Shown: positions 24,990 to 36,891 of the stretch, one piece after another
How the letters are laid out: each line of letters opens with the position of its first letter
Numbering within the stretch: position 1 is the first letter of the stretch
From: Calcarisporiella thermophila CBS 279.70
Lineage: Eukaryota > Fungi > Calcarisporiellomycota
Assembly (NCBI RefSeq): GCF_041956535.1
Contig: NW_027192220.1
Coordinates: forward strand, 133,037 to 183,852
Length of the DNA: 50,816 bases
Reading direction: 5' to 3'
The notes under the pieces: model-generated
Told to the model about the DNA's origin: nothing
The model's database searches: none
The model's input: the letters and a program-made list of their open reading frames with translations, nothing else
Position numbers and translations under genes: made by a program

Positions 24990-26100
24990 ATGGGATCATC
25001 TGCGATGACGAATCATATGCTGGCTTCAATAGACTCTCCATCAATAGATTCCATTATTTTTCTTGGAACAGGCACCTCTAGCTGTGTTCCCACAATTCCC
25101 TGCCTCACATCTTCAACTCGAAAATGCAGAGTATGTCTATCTACACTTTTACCCGATGGATATAAAAATATTCGCAAAAACACATCGGTGGTTGTGCGAT
25201 TTCGAAATCGGGAAGGCGAACTAAAGTAAATAACCAAATAACATTATCACCATTATAGATAATTAACTCCCTATAATTTCAATTATATAGGACGATTCTT
25301 ATTGATTGTGGGAAAACTTTTTACGATTCTGCACTCAGAGTATTCCCTCGCCATGGGATTCGCAAAATCGATGCCCTGATTCTAACTCATGGTCATGCTG
25401 ATGCCATTAATGGTCTTGATGATTTACGCTCTTGGACGCTTGGCGGTTACGTCCAAAATCACATTGACATTTATCTTTCCCAAGAGACGATGAACACAGT
25501 TGAACGTGCATTTACATATCTTGTCGATCAATCTTATGCAACAGGTGGCGGGGATGTAGCATCGTTTAGATATCATATTATAGATGGAGCGAGTCCTTTC
25601 ATGGTTGAGGGCGCGGAATTTATACCTCTGCCAGGTTGCTTTTAAATTGTGATGATTCCGATTCCATGCCTATTTAACCAATTGATATGCCCTATCTAGT
25701 TCATCATGGATACATTATAGCATCAGGGGAACCCTTCTGGTCTTTAGGATTTCGATTTCTTGGCATATCTTATATCTCAGATGTTTCCTATATCCCTCCC
25801 TCAACCTTTGACTTAATGCGAGATAGCAAGCTCATCGTTTTAGATGCCCTAGCAATGATGCCACATGCTTCTCATTTCTCTCTTCCTCAGGCAGTGGAAG
25901 TTGTGCGCAAACTCAAGCCTGAACGTGCTTATTTCGTTGGGTTTACTCATGTTATGGACCATGACGAGACTTCTAAGTTTCTGGAGAAATACGACAAAGA
26001 GGTACGAATGCGGCCAGCATTCGATAGATTACGGGTATCTTATTATGAAGGACAGTGGGGAGAAGATGAAGGGGAGCAGAAGATGAATGGTATTTTCTAG
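24990..26100 (+). CDS. Metallo-beta-lactamase-fold hydrolase, PhnP/S. pombe C777.06c-like
   Basis: IIFLGTGTSSCVP..C..C..C, ILIDCGKTF, LTHGHADAINGLDDLR, YISDVS, SHFSL, GFTH; two introns. Confidence 0.88.
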
Positions 26101-26465
26101 AATAGAATTGCTGAGATGGCAGTAGATTAATGGTTGAAAGTTATTTTGACGAAAGGCGAAAAGAGTAGTTAGGGGCGCCGAGGATATACACAGAATTATA
26201 GAAGAATCTTTGTATTTTAACTGAAGAAATTTATATTTATATAAATTAATATATGTGACTGCTATGGCAAAGGAAACGCTCTTCTAATCCTTTTTTCCAG
26301 ATCTTTTGAATCTAAAAAAAACTCTCAGCCCATTCTCATTTATAAAAAAGCGCCTGGATACTCCCTCACTTCTCTCCCACGGACTTATTTTACTTTTTGA
26401 TTGCGTTATCGAATTATTTCTATATCCAGAATCTTGGTATTCAGAGAGAGTAGGATCAATAGATC

Positions 26466-27247
26466 ATGCCATCCATAATCGCCACCAACACCCTTATAAT
26501 CCCAAATGTGCCCATCGCCTATTTTACACACCCTGAAGATTTTGCTTCATTGCGCGAGAGACTTGATGTATTTGGGCCTAATAGGTTCATCCCAATTCGA
26601 TCATTTGCACGCATCTTTGTAGTATACTTTGAAACACAAAACGCCATCAATGCAAAAAATCAGCTTGATCGGGGATGGCAATGGAAAGATGGAAAGGAGG
26701 GACGAGTATATTATGGAGAGGTGATATAAAATTGGGAATTAACTTGGGACGATATATTGATGATCGGCTGACGCTTGGCACTTTCTATTAGCATACATCT
26801 TTTGATACAGAATCAAATTCTCTTCATGTCCCAGAGCTCGAGAAAAACTGGCTCATCTCACCGCCGGGCTCCCCACCTGTAGGGTGGGAACAAATACGAG
26901 AAGACCCACCCAATCGTAAGGTTCTAGCGGATGATCTTGCTCATTCTCTCGCAAATTTATGTGGAGAATTAGAAGACTTTGAATTAGGTCCAAGTCATTT
27001 GGATTTAGAGCAGGCAGATGAGGAGCAGGAGGTTCTGAGCTCAGGGAGTGGTGAATCCGGTATCATTCGGATAATAACACCTGACGTTTCTGATCTACCG
27101 GCCATAACAGTGGAAAACTGTGATCCTTCTGAAGATAATTTCAGCTATGGTAGATTAAGTCAAAGACCATCGACTCCTACACCTTTGGGAGGAGGTATGC
27201 CACGAACTGCCATGCCACCTGCAGCCTTCTCAAGTTCTAGTATTTAG
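26466..27247 (+). CDS. RCN1: Calcipressin (regulator of calcineurin, RCAN family)
   Basis: RRM-like N-terminus (PIRSFARIFVVY), LHVPELEKNWLISPPGSPPVGW (FLISPP-type motif), PxIxIT-like PAITVE; one intron ~26721-26791. Confidence 0.92.
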
Positions 27248-27442
27248 AGCACTTATAAATAGCTATGTAAATTATACTATTTCATTTGTTTTAATTCTGG
27301 ACCATTTTTGTCAATTACTCTTTTCTCTATACATTGTCGTTTCTTCCTCTCAATGTGTCAAAATACGCATTAGTTACAGAATTTAAAATGAATATTTGAT
27401 TTTTGTTTTATTAAATATAAAAACGAAGTTGTTTCTCTTGTT

Positions 27443-27793
27443 TTACGCCTTAGGCTTCTCTTGAGGATTAACGAATTTCTAACGTGATTAAGAAAGATCA
27501 GATAAATCGGAGATTGTTGCTGTCAAAACCATGCATCAACTTACCACTTCTCCTTGTTTTCCGTTCTCCCAGATTGCGAATTTCAGACCCTGTTGATCAC
27601 GTCGCTGCGCGATGAGGCGAGGCTCTTCCTTAAGTGCACTGCGAACGGCACGGGAGCAGATCTGGAGGTATTGAAGATAACTATCGAAAAAACATCATGG
27701 AGGTTGATTACAGTTTACCACCGCTAAAACATTTATATACGCTAATGCAAATGAATTTTACCTGATACCGGCGGCTTTCCACGCAGCTGTCAT
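27443..27793 (-). CDS. ATP15: Mitochondrial F1 ATP synthase subunit epsilon (not in ORF track)
   Basis: Three exons splice to MTAAWKAAGISYLQYLQICSRAVRSALKEEPRLIAQRRDQQGLKFAIWENGKQGEVKFVNPQEKPKA*, with the typical WxxAGxSYxxY...AVRxxLK signature. Confidence 0.93.
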
Positions 27794-28058
27794 TTTCTAA
27801 GTAATTGGATAGTTCTAAATGGGATGAAAGAAATGAAAAATAGTGCGATCAACTTGTTTTCAAATTTTTCGACAAGGGGTTGCGAGGCGCAGCAAATGCA
27901 TCTGGCTCGAAATGAACTCCTTTTGGTTTTTCCAGTATCTCCACCAAGAGACACATATCTTTTAACAACTAAGCGGGAATTGTCGAGAACATCCTAGGCT
28001 TCCAGTTACTCCGTGACTATATCATTGTTGGTTTCGTGTCGTCCCCAAATAAGACGCG

Positions 28059-31000
28059 ATGTTCGAGAAAACACTTACGGATTTAATACGCGGGATCCGC
28101 GCGAACAAAAAGAATGAACACAAGTACGTCGCTGCCTGCCTCCAGGAGATCCGACAAGAGATGAGGTCAAGTGACGCGGATATCAAGGCCATGGCGGTTG
28201 CAAAATTAACTTATGTAAGCTCATTTTTTGCTGCTTTGTTTTAACGATGAGCGTTGCTCTACCCTGTGAATTTCTATGACTTCATTAGCTGCAAATGCTG
28301 GGATATGATATGTCTTGGGCATCGTTCCATGTTGTTGAAGTTATGTCGTCGCCAAAATATTTCCATAAGCGAATCGGGTACTTAGCAGCAGCACAATCAT
28401 TCAGGCAGGATACAGATGTGCTAATGTTGACGACAAATCTAATCAAAAAAGTAATTATAAATGGTGCCGTTTTCGTATTGATCCAAATTATACTTTAACA
28501 CATTAAAAATTTTTCCCAGGATCTCGCGTCGTCAAATCCTCTTGATGTTGGATTAGCGATTAATGGTCTTTCCCATATTGTAACTCCCGATCTGGCGCGT
28601 GATCTCTCCCAAGATATTGTTTCTCTATTGAATCATTCTCGCCCATATGTCCGCAAAAAAGCCGTGCTTGTATTATACAAAGTATTTTTGCGATTTCCTG
28701 AAGGACTGAGACTGAGTTTTGCGCGATTAAAAGAGAGATTGGAAGATCCTGATCCATGTAATGTCCTTGAATGTTTTGAAGTCATTTAATTATGCACTAA
28801 CATTTGATATGTATTCATCGATTAATCTTTCTCTCCTGTAGCGGTGGTATCTGCGGCGGTCAATGTGATTTGTGAATTGGCTAAAAAGAGTCCCAAGAAC
28901 TACCTTTCGCTTGCACCTCAGTTGTTCAAGCTGTTGACAACATCATCGAATAATTGGATGTTGATAAAAATAGTTAAACTAGTAAATATTTTCTCATTCT
29001 ATTCCATCAGGCGAATCTCTTTTAACTAAACAAATGCCCATTTCATTAATAGTTTGGTGCACTAATGCCACTCGAGCCTCGCCTTTCCAAAAAGCTTTAT
29101 CAGCCTATCACCCATTTAATTGAGACCACACCTGCTATGTCACTTCTCTATGAGTGCATTTACACAGTAATATCAGGTGGAATGCTTGAAGTGATTGCCT
29201 CGTCAGATCCTGCTTCAGAGAATCACTTGGCATCCATATGCGCAAGCAAACTTCGTACCTATCTAGAGGATCCAGATCAAAATTTGAAATACGTGGGTCT
29301 CTTAGCCATGGCAAAATTGATGGAAACACATCCAAAATTGATAGCGGAGCAAAAGGAAATCATCCTAGAGTGCATTGATGATGCAGATATTAGCATTAGA
29401 TTGAGAGCGCTTGATTTAGTAGTCGGAATGGTATGAAGACTCGAGTTTCTTTTGCTGAAATGTCTCATTTTTGTCCATCAATTTTGCTTTGTAGGTGAAC
29501 CGCCGTAATCTAACCGATGTTGTTAAACGACTTATGTCCCATCTTCTCCCCCACAACACCCCCACACCAGCATCCCCTACCCCTCAATCCACCTCAACCA
29601 CTTCCGAACCTTCTTCTCTCATGCTTCTTGACCCCGCATATCGTACCGACATTATTCACCGCATCCTTTTCATTTGCTCACAGAATTCATATGCTGCCAT
29701 CACAAGTTTCGAGTGGTATCTTGCCGTGTTGGTGGACTTGACCTATGTTGCAGGCGTCAATGTGGGGGAGGCATTAAAAGCGCAACTTATGGACGTTGGC
29801 GTGAGGGTCAAATCGGTCCGTCCGTTTGTGGTTCGTATGGGAGTGCGGTTATTGGAGGATTTGAAGCTCCTTGAGACTGCGGATAATCCAGAGTCTAATG
29901 CTGAAGTTTTGTATGCCGCCGCATGGATGGTTGGAGAATATTTTGAATATCTTACGGAACCGGTGAAGGTTCTTGAGCTCCTGTTGCAGCCAACAGCAGA
30001 AAAACTGGCCGCTCCAGTGCAAGCAGTGTATGTGCACAACATATTAAAGATTTATTCTCGGTGGGCTTCATCGGTAGCAGAGAGAGGCGTATGGGACGTG
30101 GCGGCAAGAGATGAAGTGCTAGGAGTTACCCAGAAGATAATTGAAGGGCTTTCCCCATTCTGTCGGAGCATGGACCTAGAGGTACAAGAGAGAGCATGTA
30201 ATATAAGGGAAATTCTACATATTGTTCAAGAAGAGCTTCAGCGCCCGTTGACCTCTTCCCACAACATCGCTGCCGATGAATTCTTGGGGTTGGATGAGCA
30301 TTCGCGAACGAAATCTCCAGCTATTTTGGCAGAATTGTCGAGCTTGTTTGATTCCTATGAGCTGAACCCTGTTGCCCCCAAGGCACAGCGGAAAGTACCC
30401 GTGCCAGAAGGCTTGGACCTTGAAGCGTGGATCAATGAACCGCTACCGCCGGAAGTGGAAGAAGAAAATGAAAGTGAGGGTGAAGAAGTATATGCATACG
30501 CGGGAGCGATGGCAATGGGAACTGCAGGGGAGACGAAGCGTAGGCATAAAAAGGAGAAAAAGAGTAAAAAGGGGAAGGTTGTCGAGAGTAGTGATGAAGA
30601 GGAACGAGAAAGAAGGCGTCAGGCAAGGAAGGAGCGACTGAGGCATGATCCGTTCTATATTGGAGATGGGCCGGCCCGGACACCCACTCCTACAAGCACT
30701 GCATCGAAGGAAAAAGAGCGGGAGGAGCTGGATGTAGACACGATACCCATAGTGCGGTTGACGATGGACGAGTTTGAAGTGCGCCCTAAAAAAGAGAAAT
30801 TGGATAAGAAGAAGGGAAGAAAAAAGAAGCAAGAGCTGGTGGATATCCCTCCTCCGGCACCAGTCATTTTCGGAGAAGAAGAAATGCCTGAAGGCGCCGT
30901 CCATAGTGATGAGGAAGCAGCCCCTACCGGCAAAGGTGTCAGGAAGGTTGGAGCAAGCGGCCCTGGTAGCAATTCCTTCATATGGCAAACTAACCGAGAG

Positions 31001-32250
31001 CGAGATATCCTTGAAACCGATTACTCCGGACTCATGAATGTGGATCTATCAACTCCCCTTGGAGAGCATGAGAAGCTTCCACAGCTGGTCGCTTATTCAA
31101 GTCCGGAAGAGGTGCGCAGGCGAGAGGAAGAGCGAGTCCGCCAAGCGAGAATGGAGCAAAAGACAAGAAGAATCAAAAATGGGAAAGGGGAGGGAGATGA
31201 AAAATCAAAGAAAAAGAAAGAGAAACCATCGAAGAACAAAGAGCGGCCAGGCAAGGTAAATATTTTATGTTTCTTGCAATTTGCATTGTCCATGAAATAC
31301 TGAATGAACAATTTTTTTCTTAAGACGAAGAAGAAATCATCCAAGAAAGGAGAGAAAAGCGCAAGTAAAAAGTCGACAAAGACAGCAACACAGGCAACTT
31401 CTGGAGTAGTGGACTTTGAATATGAAGATTCTATCAGCGGAGAAGTTTTACGCGAGGATGATTTTCTAGTGGTACTTGACATTTTTTAGCTCACTCTCTA
31501 ATCCATGATTTTATTAATTAAAAACTCCTCCTAATTGTATAGACATATACCATGAAGCTAGAAAAGAATGACTCTCCCTCCGACCCTGTTATCATCTCTG
31601 CGATATTCCAGGCAGAATCCAACAGGGTACTGCGAATTAGACTTGAAAAAACAGAGAGTATTCAGGAAGTGGAAGCCTCTGGTACGGGAAGGGTGGAAAT
31701 GAGCCTGCATGTAAGCGGAGCAAGTTGTAGTCGTGGTGGCCAAGTGCTCGCTCAGGGCAGTATAGATGTTGTTTCGCCTAGCGGAGAGACAAGCTATCAT
31801 CCTATTAACATCGCCCTGCCACCCACGCTCTTCATGCTCCATGTGCCGCCACTTGAACCCGCGGCCTTCGCACAATTACTCTCCGAGGCAGGAGAGTCGT
31901 TTTCATTCCACCGTACTATTATTTTCCCAGTGAAAACCTCCCCCTCCTTCTCCTCCATTGAGCAAGCACTGAAAGGCGCGCTTGAGATTTTGCCCCGGTG
32001 CTCCCGCTTGAGGATCGTAGAGATCGTGCCTGGTGCTGCCTCGCTCTATGGTCAAAACGCCTTTGGGGTACATATAGCGGGACTGGTTAAATACGCACTT
32101 CAGCCGTCCCAAGGGCAAAATCCGCCCGCTGATGCGGAGAGTAGCAGCGACACTGCAATGATGCGAGTGGACCTGAGGGGCGGTGAGGAGGGAGTATTGC
32201 AGGGGTTAAGCGCAGCGATTGAACACGCAACTGCCCAATTTGACAGGTGA
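28059..32250 (+). CDS. APL5: AP-3 adaptor complex subunit delta
   Basis: MFEKTLTDLIRGIRA, MLGYDMSWASFHVVEVMSS, LMLTTNLIKK, PKNYLSLAPQLFKLLTTSSNNWMLIK, ELNPVAPKAQRKVPVPEGLDL, DPFYI, C-terminal ear; about 8 exons. Confidence 0.96.
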
Positions 32251-33737
32251 CGGGCAATATTAGATATCTATACCTTTCATTTCCGAAAAATCGTTGGCTC
32301 AAGGCGATTTCTTTAAATTTGTATTAATTATCATTTTGAGAACATTTTGAATAAAACCGTTCGTCGTGAGTAGTGATTTTGGGACTATTTCTCAGGATAC
32401 ACCTAAAAATTCAAAGGCAGTGGTTGTCATAGAGATAAAATACCAATCAGCATTGTGCTATAAATATCCAAATACATGCTATTATGTCGGTAAGACAACC
32501 GCATTTTGCATTTTGAGCAAAATGTTGAGCATTCTGTATCTGCTCCGATTATATAATATGATATCACCACGTACAATCTACATCTGATTGCGAAAATCCA
32601 CATAGCATAAGGATGATCCAATATCTAACTTCAAACAAAAAGAGAAGGCAATATTTCGTAATATCTCAAACCCATTTTCTTTCAGGACAAGTTGGAATCG
32701 ATTTGAAAGTACTCGAGAACGATAACCCGAAGTATTACCCTGTGCAAGTAGATTTTTTGGAATCTCTTTTCAGTGTAAACATCCGAGTGTAACCTTGTAA
32801 ACTGAGTACCAATATGATTCGGAGCCGACTCACCCTGTTGTTTTGATTGGTGGCCTCAGAAAACATTGCTGACATTCTAATCACGAACTAAGGCAATGAG
32901 ATTTGAGTATGAATGCTAAGATGCACAGCCACAAAAACTCAACTTTATTAGAGCATTATAATTTTAAACTAAAATTCTGCAACAACCTCCTTTAATATAG
33001 ATGGTCAAAATCAATACTAAATATATTTAAGCTGTTCTACCATAAATAGCACATAGTTGGTATTATGGCTAAATACCTCGATATGCTCTGTATTTTCTTT
33101 GAGTTTCAAGCATGTAAGCTTACTAGCTCAGCGCAATAATAGAGACTATATTTTAACCAGTGGCTTCTGGAGCCTCGAAATATCCATAGCAACATATAGG
33201 AGTCCAGTTACACATTCCAAACCGCTCTAATCTGCCCACTTAGACCATGTATCTTTACCGAGGTCCAATTTGGAAAGTGATTTACAATGACTTAGTGGTG
33301 TAAAGTCACGACTACATTTGATTGCTCTCCATTTCTGCCTGACCTTCTTCAGATAGAAGCAGGTGATACGTGATTACTTTAATTTTTATAGATGAGAGTA
33401 GAAGTGGTGACGGAGCCCCCATCGTATCTTTGTTAGGTTTTGAAGGGTCTACAAGTTGCTACGGCCTCTAAACAGGTTTACTATTACTCATCTTTTTCAA
33501 TTATGTTTTTCAGCCACACCAAAAATGCACTGCCCAATGCTCAGCCGAGAGTATACTGAGCGAATGAGGTTGGATAAGTGGACTATTACCAGAGCACAGA
33601 ATTTTGTGTATCTTGGGGAGACCCAAAGAGTTAGGACAGGAGAAGAGTTTAAATAAGACTCAGGGTTTGGGCTCTCTGCTTCTGTCCGATTCCTCACTCA
33701 TTTACACTCATTAAGTTTGTTGGCAAGTTCAGCTTCA

Positions 33738-36487
33738 ATGGTAGAATACCAGAGCACTCGAGCAGGCAGACTGACGCGCAAAGGATACCTGGCCGTGGTG
33801 TCCATGTTGGCGCTGTCTGCGCTCTCCAGAGTTGAAGCACGAGCTATTCCTGTTCTGCAGCCTCGTCAAGCGCCTCAGGTATAAAGCTCGTTCTATTTGG
33901 TAAATGAAGTAAAAAGCTGTACTAAGGCACCATATGCCTCTCTTTTGAAGCCCGCAGTGTGCGATTCTCCACAGTGCCAGGAGCTTGCAGCCTCCTACAA
34001 ATCTTTCATGGATCCCGCGGTCAATCCCTGTGAAGATTTCTATGCTTTCACCTGTATTTATTAACGAGTTCATATTTGCTAAAAATCCTGAAATACTAAG
34101 GTTTACTAATTAGGCGGCGGTTTCATTAAGACGGCCACACCGATGCTGACAGAAAAGGTGCCCTTAATCCAACCAGGCGACAATTCGACTGATGTGAGAA
34201 TGACTAATTCGATCCTTGGGGTTACTAACTAGTTGATACAATCCCTCTTCTTTTAAAGAAATTCATCGAAGATCTGGTGACCGGGAAGTTTAACCCCTCT
34301 AATCCCGTTAACGGTTGGCCTGGAGTTACCATAGACAAGGCTGATGAGGATTTGCTTGGAAAACTGCGAGGGCTCTATAGCGCATGTATGAGTGACTCGC
34401 GAAAGACCACTAGTATTCGCCCACTCATCCCTGCCTTCCAACTTCTCGCTGGTGGGCCACTCGAGAATAGTCCCGAGCTTCTTGGAACCCTTTTCGGGAA
34501 GGCTTTCGCAGATTATCGAATATCCGGCTTCTTTAATTTGAATCCGACGGTTGATTTAACGACTGGAAATGTGATGCTTGGCGTTGCTATACCTAGATTT
34601 AGACTTGACCTTTCTCTACCGGGAGCCGAGAATACATTGCTGAAGTCTCTCGAAACGGCGTTCAAAGGGCTGATACCGCTCGTTCCCTCGCTTACTCAAG
34701 TCGATCCATCGGCTATCGCCAAAGAAGTCGTGGAGTTGGCGAAAAAAATAATGACCATTTCTGATTCTCTGTAAGTAGTTTTCCTCACGAAAATTTCTAC
34801 CTGCCATCTTAATGTGTCTATGTTAGACCAAGACGCCCCAGAGAGGTTGATGTGTTCCATCCGATGACTCTTGGGGAACTCTCTTCCCTTGCTCCTACAG
34901 TGAACTGGGAAAATTTCCTCAAAGCCTATTTACCCCCTTCCGAGCCTCTCCCTTCGAAAATCAACGTCCTATTCCCAGAACAAATGCGCGCAGTCTCCTC
35001 GGTGGTGGCCAGCACTTCTCCCGCCGCTATTCGTTTCTACATGATATGGAGAACCATGCAGCTATACGTGGAGGATGTTATGCCTCAAACCATCAGCCAG
35101 AGTTATTGCGTAGACTTTGCCGACCAAGCACTACCCCAAATCACCGGTCGATATTACGTTCTTTACAACTCAAACAATGCGACTCGCACTGAGGTATTTT
35201 CTGCCATCTCGTTAATCCAGCAAAACTTCTTGGAGCGACTCAGCCAAATGACCTGGCTGGATGAGGGAACCCGTAAGAATGCTGCCGATAAGGTATGTTG
35301 TACTGACCCAACTCCTCTTCTCTTCTGCTATGCCCTTGCTGCAATTTATTAATTTGGCACTTTTCTTCTCCAGCTCAGTAAAATGCAAGAAACTGCCGTT
35401 GTCTCCGAACACGACCCAGAGACCCTCTCCGCGCAGAATATCGCGCAGTTTTATGCTAACTTCAACGTCACTAACGAACACTTGACCAACGTGATCAACT
35501 TAATGAAGTTCCACAATCATCTCTATTTGACCATGCTCAACAAGCCAATTGATCCCTTGTCTTGGAAGCTCGTGCCGAGTTTGCACGAACTCAACGCCTT
35601 CTATACTCCCAATTCAAATTCGATTGCTGTGCTTGCTGGTAAATACTTGATCTGATTATCCTATGGTATCAATCTGTATTAAACGACTATCTCATTCCAA
35701 CCCCCTTAGCCACTATGAAGCATCCTCTATATGACCCTGTATATCCTGAATACATCAAATTCGGTGCACCTTACACCATTTTTGGCCACGAAATCATTGT
35801 ATGAAGTGTTTTCTCCCAACCCATCCTATGCTTTGTTTCAATACTGAACTTTTATTTTCTGCATTAGCATGGTTATGATAACACTGGCAGATTGTACGAC
35901 GGAGCAGGCCATTACAATAACTGGTGGTCCAACGAAGCAGTAGCTGCGTACAACGATAAAGCCAAGTGCTTTGTTGACCAAGTAAGCAGCTTTTCCTTTA
36001 TTTTATACACTTAAACTTACGCATATCTTTACTCTACAGTACAACGAATACACCATTGGAACGGTTGAAAATCAGGTCTTCAAGGTGAACGGCACGCAAA
36101 CCCTTGGCGAGAATATTGCAGACAATGGAGGGCTTGCTAGATCCTATGGTGCCTGGCTGAAACGGTTCCAGTCGGGCCAGGCGGATAATCGCTTGCTTCC
36201 AGGTCTGGAGAAGTACACTCCACAGCAAATGTTCTTCATTGCCTATGGGTATATGAACTGTGAGGCGTATCTCCCTAAGGCAGGAGTTTTGAGAGTAAGC
36301 ATCCCTCCTAATTCATTAATACGTGATTGTATTTTTCCTAATGCTCTCCACTTATTTGTTGATGCAGTACTTCCCCAATGAACATAGTCCTAGCCAATGG
36401 CGAGTTCGTGGTGCTGTGAGGAACAGCGCCGAGTTTGCTCAGGCCTTTAGTTGCCCTGCTCCTCAGAATCGTTGCGAAATCTGGTGA
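33738..36487 (+). CDS. Secreted M13 zinc metallopeptidase, copy 2
   Basis: Signal-like N-terminus (YLAVVSMLALSALSRVEA), VCDSPQC..MDPAVNPCEDFYAFTCGGF, LNAFY, GHEII|HGYD, ENIADNGG, NEHSP, FSCP..RCEIW*; 10 exons. Confidence 0.92.
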
Positions 36488-36891
36488 TCGAACTTGAAAA
36501 ATGTTTTTATATTATTTATCCATCTCTGTAATCGCCTAATCAATATTTAATCTTTTCATCTGCTGATAATATTGCTCTATCTCGGCTAGACTTTTCTAAT
36601 CAAATTATAATCTAATTTCAAAGAATACATACGATACTGCACCATTTATATTGCCAGTTTTTTTTTGTAGATTTGCCACCTTACATACTTTGAGGTGTAC
36701 TTCAAGTTTAGATATGTATATCGTGATAAAGGCTACTAAAGGTGTCGTCTCCTCGGATGAGCAATAATTATATTGAAAAGACACAAATGCAAGTTATGGA
36801 AAATGAAAGCTGTTATATATCAACTGTATACATATAACGCTATCCATCAAAAATATAAGCATAAGATAGTGAATAAAAAAACAAAATATCT

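Noticed and set aside
33634-33687. Three-way junction resembling telomerase CR4/5 (9-bp stem, short hairpin, AGGG-TTTGGG-CTCT)
   Set aside because: It overlaps a TATA-like TTTAAATAA about 90 nt upstream of the M13 ATG, and there is no template or pseudoknot upstream; likely promoter/5'UTR coincidence.
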